From: Auanema rhodensis
Lineage: Eukaryota > Animalia > Nematoda
Length of the DNA stretch: 64,000 bases
Direction: 5' to 3'
NCBI GenBank assembly: GCA_964057225.1
Contig: OZ059895.1
Location: 18,104,001 to 18,168,000, forward strand
Of the stretch, positions 55,271 to 64,000 are shown in pieces (within the stretch, counting starts at the first letter, position 1; each line of letters starts with the position of its first letter). The translations under genes and the position numbers were made by a program. A model generated the notes under the pieces. That model saw only the letters and a list, made by a program, of their open reading frames with translations. It was not told where the DNA came from and searched no databases.

Positions 55271-56617
55271 AAGAGTTAGAACATACGAGATAGCACGAGA
55301 AAAAAGATAAGAGGTAAGAAAGTTGAAAAGAATTTGAAAAAAAAAACAAAACGAAGAGTCTGATGTGAATACGGCAGTACATCGTTCCAACTTCACTCAT
55401 TTTTAGCATCCTCTCCTCTTTGCCTTAAGTTGATTTTCGTTCACAGAGAGCACGATGTAACATGCTAGAAAGCTACCACCACCATCGCCACCAGCAACAG
55501 CAAGCTGCCCTCGACGGAGTGAGCCAGGCTCGACAACGTTGTATGGCAAAGAAAATAGGAGAGGATGAGCATCAAAACATGAGAAATATGGACACAAATG
55601 TCACTAAAGACTTGAAGAAATACATATAGCAAAATATTGAAAGATGAGGAGAGAGTAACTAAGAGGGGGGGGGGGAGCTGAAAGCAAGGACTAGTGAAGA
55701 TGGGTTAAAGAACAGCCGAACAAGCTCCAGATCCGAAAAGGAAAGAATAAAAAACAGATAAAGCCGTAAAAGCTTTAAGTTTATAGAAATGTGAATTTCA
55801 AGCATGAACGACAAAAAATATGAACAAAATTTTGGCCAACAGAAACTATGTGAATCAATTGAACTATTGCATACACGATTGTGTTCTTATATTTATTTAA
55901 ACAATTCTACTTGAGTTGTAAATAATCAAGCATTAAGCTACTACTTCATGCAAATACTTAGCAACAAATTGAAACAAATCCCTTACTAATCAGTCCGCAT
56001 TTATTTAGAAGGCCAATGATGTTTGATGAATTGCTGAGATCAGTTCCACCCACCGTCCTTTCTAACATATTTTTCTCCGACTCTCTTCGTTTCTCTGTCT
56101 CTCTCTAACCTCTGATTCTTATACTATATCTTACTAAGTTGCTCATTGGGTAACACTGTTTTCAAACATTTTGATAGTTGATAAGAAAAATAGTCTATCG
56201 ATGTGAAAAGAAATTGAGAAACAAAAAACTATCATTTCAACAAATTTTTACATTTCTGTTGCTTTGTTTAAAATCAAACTGAGAGATATGAGGTTGAAGC
56301 AAAAGAAAAAAATTTGTAAGCTAACTGTAGAGTTACAGTAATGCCTATTGATGTGAATATAAACAGATCAATATATCATTATTACAATATTTCGAATACA
56401 AAGTAGGATAATAACTTTTTTTTTCAAAAATGAATTAAATGGAAACATGAGTTTCGCTTTCGTTTAACAGGCAAATTGATGACGAATTGTTGTCTTGTGT
56501 TTCACGTTGTGTGTGCCTCTCTCTATTTCGCGTCTCTGTGCTTCACTGCCATGTATGAACATTATAATTCAGCTATGATGATGCATGCGAGAGGAAAAGA
56601 GAGGGAGTGAGAGAGAA

Positions 56618-56665
<48 letters not shown>

Positions 56666-57019
56666 GAACAGAGAGGATAGATATAGAGAGCGAAAGAGAA
56701 AGAAGGAAAGGAAGACTGAAAGAGTTATATAAAGTCCATCAATACAATGGACCGTTGACATTTTTATTTCTTCATCTCATGAGAAAGCATGAAGTAACAC
56801 TGTGAAATTATTGTTCGTCCAAACTCTTCACAAAGTTCATAATTTCTAGCATTTTCCAGCTGTAAAAATAAAGGGGTAAGAGCTCACAGAGCTTCAGAAT
56901 TTTGTCCTCTTTTCCTTATTTTCGATCTCCCTTTTCAATTCTAGATTTTGCCCTTCCCTACACACTACCTTTCACATATTTTTCAGTTCTATTATTGAAA
57001 TTTTGTTAAGAAAACTAAC

Positions 57020-57070
57020 CTGTTCAATGCTGTCAAGCAGGCGAGCAAAGTCGTCGCCGTCGTCCCCCAT
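57020..57070 (-). CDS. Orphan first coding exon MGDDGDDFARLLDSIEQ
   Basis: GC-rich, codon-like island. Acceptor TTTTTTGATGCCTCAG 4 nt before the ATG (57070); exactly 17 codons; donor CAG|GTTAGT, phase 0. Confidence 0.6.
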
Positions 57071-57224
57071 GAGCCTGAGGCATCAAAAAATATGTCGGAT
57101 GACGACAACTATATTGAGTACAATAGTTTCAATTGTATTTCCTTTTTGTTACTTACAAATACATAAGAGAAAAACACCCTTGTATGCTTCACAATATAAA
57201 TGTTTTTGAATAAAAAATAATAAT

Positions 57225-57230
57225 TTTATT
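57225..57230 (-). terminator. Poly(A) signal of pck-2
   Basis: AATAAA on the minus strand about 205 nt after the TAA. Confidence 0.6.
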
Positions 57231-57434
57231 ACATTTAATACAAAAAGAATGAACGATATCACTTGATATAGACCCCTTTGAAGAACATATTATATAAATA
57301 AAGAAATCTAAAGAATCATCTAGAAGATGAAAAAAATTATTAGAATGTTTAAGATTCCTATACGGGAAAATGATAATGGCTTTGATGTTGCTGCTTTTGA
57401 TATTAATCTTGATGATAATACATACGAGAACCAC

Positions 57435-60400
57435 TTAGAGGGCGTTAATTCGTGCTTCTTGAGCATCCATCTCAGCACGAATGGGAGCTGGGAGATCTGG
57501 TCCAACCTAGAATATGTTACGTTAAAAGTTTGCAATTCGTTTTCCCTGGTTGAGCTAATTCAGCCATAATATCAATGAAACAATCACCCTCACGAAGAAG
57601 GGTATTGTTTACTTCATACACTACATATACTCACCTGAGTTTCCAAGAAGTGTCTAACTTCAATAGCATCTTCCTTCCAGTAGTCACCGGAGACAGACAT
57701 AAGCTCATCCCAGTTGACTTCTCCGAGATTCTCTGTGTTGATAGATCCCTTCTTAGGGACAATACCGACGGCAGTTGGCTCTCCGATGTTTTCTTCGCCA
57801 TCCAAACGACGGATAATCCAGTCAATAACACGAATGTTATCTCCGTATCCGGGCCAGAGGAACTGAAATAGATATAACACTTATATACAGATCTGATAAA
57901 ATAGTTATGCGTACCTTGTTGTTGGCATCACGACGGAACCAATTGACGTGGTAGATCTTAGGCAACTGCAAAGGAGCAAGTTTACTTTCATATTCTCCCG
58001 AGTCTTACCTTTCTATTGTCTTTCTTGAGATCAAGCCAATGTTGAAGGTAGTGTCCAAAGTTGTATCCCATGAATGGACGCATAGCCATAGGATCGTGCA
58101 TAACCTGCTTTCCTAAAAAATATGATTTTAGAGAGCACTGTACTTATACAAGTCTCACCTTGATGTTCAGCAGCAGCAGTGGCTTCAGACTTGAGACATG
58201 CTCCAGCGAAAACTCCGTGTTCCCAGGAGTGAGTTTCAAAAATGAGAGGTACTCCCTTTGGACGACGTCCTCCGAAGATGATAGCCTTAATAGACGTTAT
58301 TGATAACTCGAATTTTGACCTATGTGCTGTACCTCAATAGGAACTCCCTTAGGGCTTTCCCAGTCAGGATGAATAATTGGGCATTGGCTGGCTGGAGCAG
58401 CGAATCTAGAGTTAGGATGAGCAGCGACACCATTATCTCCAATCTTCCATTTCTCTCCAAGCCAGTTGATCATATCGACGTTCTGTAAACAATATTCTGA
58501 ATGAAAATATCTATCAAACTAAAAACCTTGTCCTTGATTTCATCCTCTAATCCTTCCCAGAAATACTCTCCATCAACAGTCTCAGCAACATTAGTGAAGA
58601 TAGAGTTCTTCTGGAAGGTGGCAACAGCCATAGGGTTGGTCTTATTGGAAGTTCCAGGAGCAACACCGAAGAATCCAGCTTCGGGATTGATAGCGTACAA
58701 ACGACCGTCTTCTCCAAACTTCATCCAGGCAATGTCATCTCCTGCAAATGATAATCACAATTAGAATACTTAACTCAGCAGTAAACATACCGACACAGCG
58801 GACTTTGTATCCGGGGAGAGTTGGTTGAAGCATAGCAAGATTGGTCTTACCGCAAGCAGATGGGAAAGCAGCAGCAATGAAATGTTCCTGAAATTTGATA
58901 ATTGTATGTATATATTCATCATGTTTAAGTCATCAATAAAAACTGTAGAAGTTTAATACCAACCTTTCCGCATGGTCTGGTGACTCCCATGATAAGCATG
59001 TGCTCAGCCATCCATCCCTCATCCTTAGCGATGTTGGAAGCAATACGAAGAGCGAAACATTTCTTTCCTGAATTTTATTAAATAGTATAAAATTCAAAGT
59101 ATAATTCAAATTTACCGAGGAGAGAATTTCCTCCGTATCCGGATCCGAAAGACCAAATCTCACGTTCAGCTGGACGATGAGCAATTAGGACACGCTCAGG
59201 GTTGCAAGGCCAGTGATTAACAACACGTTCTGAAGCATTTACAGTTATAATTTTTTTTTAAGACTTTACTAACGTTTTACTGGACGTGGAAGACCAACAG
59301 AGTGAATACAACGGACGAAGTCGTTGTTTCCGATGGCATCCCAAACATCGTGACTGACACGAGTCATAATACGCATAGAAAGAACGACGTAGTTAGAATC
59401 AGTAAGCTGAACTCCAATCTTGGATAATGATCCACCAATAGGTCCCATAGAGAATGGAATAACATACATGATACGTCCTGAAAATAAGCTAATGCATATT
59501 CATGGTAATAAGTTTCCAAGCTTTTCAAGCTCCACCATTTCAAATGACCGAGTAGTTAGATTAACTATATTGTCATAAATGTCTTTTCTCAGCATAATAT
59601 TCTGCTAATTTCAAAAATCAAAAAATAATTTAAAACTAATTTCATTCGGAAATTGGAAAAAAAGTTAACCGATGATATACTACTCCTTCTTATTAAAATC
59701 ATTAATCCTCTCTTCTCAATCTCTCTGCTCACATTTTAATTTCTTCGTTGTTTTCTCTTAGTATCTTCTCATCTCTCAATAATCCATTCCTTTTTCTAAT
59801 GAAAATTAGAAACAATAGAGGAAATCGAAAAGAGAGAGAAGAGAAAACTACATTGTAAAAGACCACGTGGAAAAAAAAGAAGATATGATCAGAAGTTAAG
59901 ATCATTCGAACGAAAAGTTAAATAACTCGATCACACCACCAATGTCAATTCAAAATTTTTCCAAAAAAAACCAGTAACATTACTTAGTTTTTCTAAATTT
60001 ATCATTACTCTATTTACAGATATTATCTGCAGCACCATTTTTTTGATCATGAAAAACGTACCAGCCATGCAACCGGGGAAACGAGAATCAAGCTCGTTGC
60101 TCAAATCTTCGGGCCCCATCCAGTGTCCCATGATTGGATCAACTCCTTCTGGTGTACGGGTAACGGTCTGGTACTTGTCAGGAGTAACCATCCAGGTCTT
60201 AGACTCAACGCGAGCAACATCCTGAAAAATAAAATTTGAATCCAATACAATATTTCTTCAATTAGTTTTTTCCAAAGCTATGCCTCCTTTTATCACTTAT
60301 TCAGAAGGTTAATTATGCGAATAGTTAGCATACTTATCAATCACATATTACAGATGTCATAAACCAACAGTTTTGATAACAAACAATCTTATCAACTCAT

Positions 60401-62484
60401 TATGACCGATATCTATATCGTTATCATCTGGTTTAGAAAAAAAGCCTGTCTATGACAACATTAGGTTGTACATTAATATGTTCCGAAAAATCAAACATTA
60501 AACAGCAGTTAATTACTAAAAAGTTTTGTATATGTTTTAACACTAAAATTTTAAAACTTTTTTTTTGATTCTACAAAGCTAAGTTGCAAAGTTAGTGCTG
60601 TAAAGGGGGGAAAGTGGGGCATCAAAAAAATCCAAAACATGCAAACTTAAGCTCATTTTTTTAAAATAAATATTATTAGTTGCAACCTTGGGTAGATATC
60701 AATTAATAGTCCACCCATTGTTAAAACTTTTGAAAAATTGCAATAATCATTAAATTATATTTACAAAAAGGTCAATAGATTCTGTCCTTACCTTAGGATC
60801 GGTACGGCAAATATAGTTGTTTTCATAAGCCTTCAAGGGAGACAGCATACCACGCTCGACAAGTTTGTCAATAATCTCATCAGCTTCATGTTGAGTTCCG
60901 TCGCAGATATAGATTCCTGAAGAAGAAAAACATACAATTTCTGAACTATCTGTATACAACTTACCACGTGGTCTCATCAACTCAGCCTTTTCGGCAACAA
61001 ATCGTTGAACCTTCAAGGGAAGCAAGTGAAAATCTCCCTGAAAACAATTCGATTATTAAGAATTTCATCAAATGTTCTGAACACAACCGCACATTCAGCT
61101 CTTAATCATAATAATACTTTCAACTACGTGGACTTCACGTGAAACATGAATTCTTTCAAACTTTATATTCGACAAAACGGAATATACATAGTATTTTACT
61201 CATTCTCCCCTTTTTTCATTACTTTTTTTAAAAATACTTATTTATATATTTCTTATCAAATTAAAAATATATTTTATGTATCATTACAATTACCCTTTTT
61301 GTTTTGTTTTCATTTTCTTATCAACTATCGTAAATAATTAAAAATGCTCGAACATATGAAACAAGCTCTTTTTAAAACTTTTTAAAGAGCTTTTCTTTCA
61401 CACTTCTTTTAAAACTTTTCTTTTTAGTTTTATCAGTCAGGCCATTTAGTTCCCGAAAGGTTTGCAGCTTTAAAGTCAGCATATCAACATAATTCGATAT
61501 CTGTTCCTACTAAACGTTTCATCGTTCAGTTTTTCAAATTTATATTTTCTCACGTGGCCTCTCACTCACTTGTTACAACGACTATGTCTGGTAACAAGCA
61601 TTAAAACACAGATGGATGAAAACTCAAAAGCCCATAGAATGGCAGATATATACATGAACTTCAACGATTTAATTTGAATGATTAATAACAAATTCTCCAA
61701 CATGTTTTCAGATATCAACACAAGAATTATTAACTATCCCTTGATAAATAATTAATTTTTGACAAATAAAGCCATACAACAATCATTTTTCTTCAAAACT
61801 GTCATCAAATGTTTCATAATCTCCTGATCACTCACTGATCAAATGAGTAGCACAGTTACCATTAGATAGTAAAATGAGCAGCAACAGCACAAAAATAGAA
61901 CCAAATATGTTATCAATACGTTCTACAAGCAATTTTTTTCCTTCCCCCCTATTCGAACACACCCAACAGAACTGTCTATCGACAGCATAATCGAAACAGC
62001 AAAAATTAGCCGCCGTCAGCACAAATTAAGCAAAAAAGGACCTTTTTCTACTTTCATTCCCTGTTAAATTTCAACAAAGTAATCTCGCATCACTAGACCC
62101 ATTAATTCAATGTTTAGTTGATGGAAAAATACGGCATTTACGTTGCCCTTATCAATGAACACTACGTCTTGACGCTTCAATTGTCAGACACGGCAATCTT
62201 GTAGCTGTAGATGAACTAATGGAAGAGAGGAAAGGTTACGAAGTGCATCCTTGTGAAGCAAACAAACACACAAGTAGAATGTTTGAAAATGCTTTTTTCA
62301 CTTTATGAGAGTATAGAACCATAGAGCAAATCAATCCCTATTTCTCATAATGGCTAGAAACTATAAGTATTGGAATCAGAATACAGAATAAGAAGACAAT
62401 TGAATACTCAATCCAGAGTCGTTAAACAATCTCAGCTCTCTCTCTCTCCATCTCTCTTAATTCTTCAGATATCTTTTTATTCTG

Positions 62485-62543
<59 letters not shown>

Positions 62544-63361
62544 TAAATTATGTAGTAGTTAACTACACAACTAACTGGTATTACAAACAATATCATGGCA
62601 TCATCTGCAACATACAGTCAACACACCATCTCCTTCGCTCACCCCACAACACTTTCATTTCAATCCCCCCTACTATCAGAACATGATGAACTTATTGATT
62701 ATGAAACAATCGTCTATTTTGCTAATCAAAATCTATCCAAACGAACATATGACTGGAATCTTTAGCCCTCAGGGGTCACAAAGCCAACTGATGGGATATG
62801 AGACACTGCTGGTGATAAAGAGAATCAGAGAGAAAGAGCACAAACGGAAAATACGTTGCTAAAACACCTCATACACTCACTATCATACAGCAGCACCATA
62901 GCATACTCGTTCATCGATCTCAACGGTTAAGCAGTGCCAACGTTTATAAACCATCCTGTGGGGTGACAGAAAAAATTTTTTGCTCTCACTTCTTCATACA
63001 GCTACGAAAATTGAAACTTACTTTGTGAATTGGGACATGTCCAAGACGCTTGGTAACAACCTCATTGACTACGTAGAAGGCATCTTCCGAGATTTGTCTC
63101 AGAGACGACTGTCCAGTGTTCTAAAATCAAAAGAATTACTTATTCAAACAACAAGAGATTATTTTCGAAGCGCATTAGCATCGATCAGTTCTAACTTCTC
63201 AACGTAGAAGCTATAGAGGTTAGAAAGAGGTTACAGTTTTACACTCACTAATACTACATACTAGTTAGACATAAGCTATATGTAATATATATTCATATAG
63301 TATAATAGAATAAGAGTAAAACTACCTTGAAAGGAGTGAGAAGATTTGGATCAACAGACAT
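57435..63361 (-). CDS. pck-2: GTP-dependent phosphoenolpyruvate carboxykinase, complete, about 16 exons
   Basis: Exon 1 63361-63326 [12 protein letters not shown]; exon 2 63120-63022 [33 protein letters not shown]; then GDFHLLP from 61038, [10 protein letters not shown]-loop [24 protein letters not shown]. Last exon 57506-57435 [23 protein letters not shown]. The N-terminus matches C. elegans PCK-2 as I recall it. Probable trans-splice site TTGCAG before 63388. Confidence 0.95.
60290..60426. promoter_or_regulatory. Cluster of five TGATAA GATA sites in a pck-2 intron (candidate enhancer)
   Basis: TTATCA/TGATAA at 60290, 60334, 60374, 60389 and 60421. Confidence 0.5.
62488..62538. repeat. (TA)n microsatellite in pck-2 intron 2
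   Basis: Read directly from the sequence. Confidence 0.95.
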
Positions 63362-64000
63362 TGCGTTATCCTCGAGAAGGAATTGAAGCTGCAATGATTG
63401 TTATTGTCTGATGAAGATAGAACGAGTGAACGACGGGCGGCAAACAAGTCCCGCCTACTGTTAACCCATCCCCCCTCCCTAAACTTCTCCACCTCTCTCT
63501 ATCTCTCTATCTTTGTTTCTCTTACTATATCATGTATCTCGCCATTTTTTTCTATCACCCTCTTTCTTATGTGTTCCTTTTTCTCTCTTTAATCTCTTCT
63601 TTTACTTTATTTCTCTCTCTTTGTATCAAGTTCAAAGAACAACCGACACATTAAACCACAGTCCTTTTCTAGATCAATAATTTTAAAAATATTTCTTTTT
63701 TGTTTTTTTTTTATTTTGTTTTCTTTTCCAATTTTTTTGAAATGTTATTTCATCCAAATCAGATATATCTTGTATCTTGTACATAGATTCTCATCATCTC
63801 TAGAGTTCATTCACAAAATCGAAATCTGAACCCCTTGTCTCAAATTGCAGATCGTTGTATCATTGTCTATTTGTGTTGAAATAAACAGTAAATATTACAA
63901 AAAAGTGGTTAATTATATAAATTATATGAAACATAGCTATACATATAAATAAGTTTCTTGTTCTATCTAATGGTAAAGCTTAATAAGCTTTTTTCAAACA

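Noticed and set aside
55472-55629. Plus-strand MLESYHHHRHQQQQAALDG with a GTGAGC donor
   Set aside because: Driven by CAC/CAG triplets; no downstream exon found before the oppositely oriented pck-2 end.
61568-61601. Possible alternative pck-2 first exon [10 protein letters not shown] with a GTGAGT donor
   Set aside because: It ends in phase 2 while the next exon needs phase 0, and the in-phase frame has a stop.

Overview
AT-rich eukaryotic genomic DNA from a rhabditid-type nematode, judged by many 43-60 nt introns, TTTCAG-type acceptors, probable trans-splice sites and abundant (GA)n/(TC)n/(TA)n microsatellites. Most entries in the ORF track are noise, so genes were rebuilt exon by exon. Four complete multi-exon genes are supported: a stand-alone START lipid-transfer protein (+, 19866-21383), the STAR/Quaking RNA-binding gene asd-2 (+, 21819/30112 to 31791/32400), the ASH1-like gene lin-59 (-, 39170-34030) and GTP-dependent PEPCK pck-2 (-, 63361-57435). 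Two hypotheses stand out. (1) asd-2 appears wired for autoregulation: a frame-critical exon wrapped in UACUAAC/CUAAC and UGUGUG sites, a QKI-5/HOW(L)-like HPY tail exon preceded by tandem CUAAC, and isoform-specific miR-1 versus miR-124 seed sites. (2) An orphan minus-strand first exon lies about 130 nt behind the pck-2 poly(A) site and is phase-compatible with an exon 54 kb away, suggesting an operon-linked host gene with three genes nested in its first intron. Both are inferences from sequence alone and need RNA evidence.
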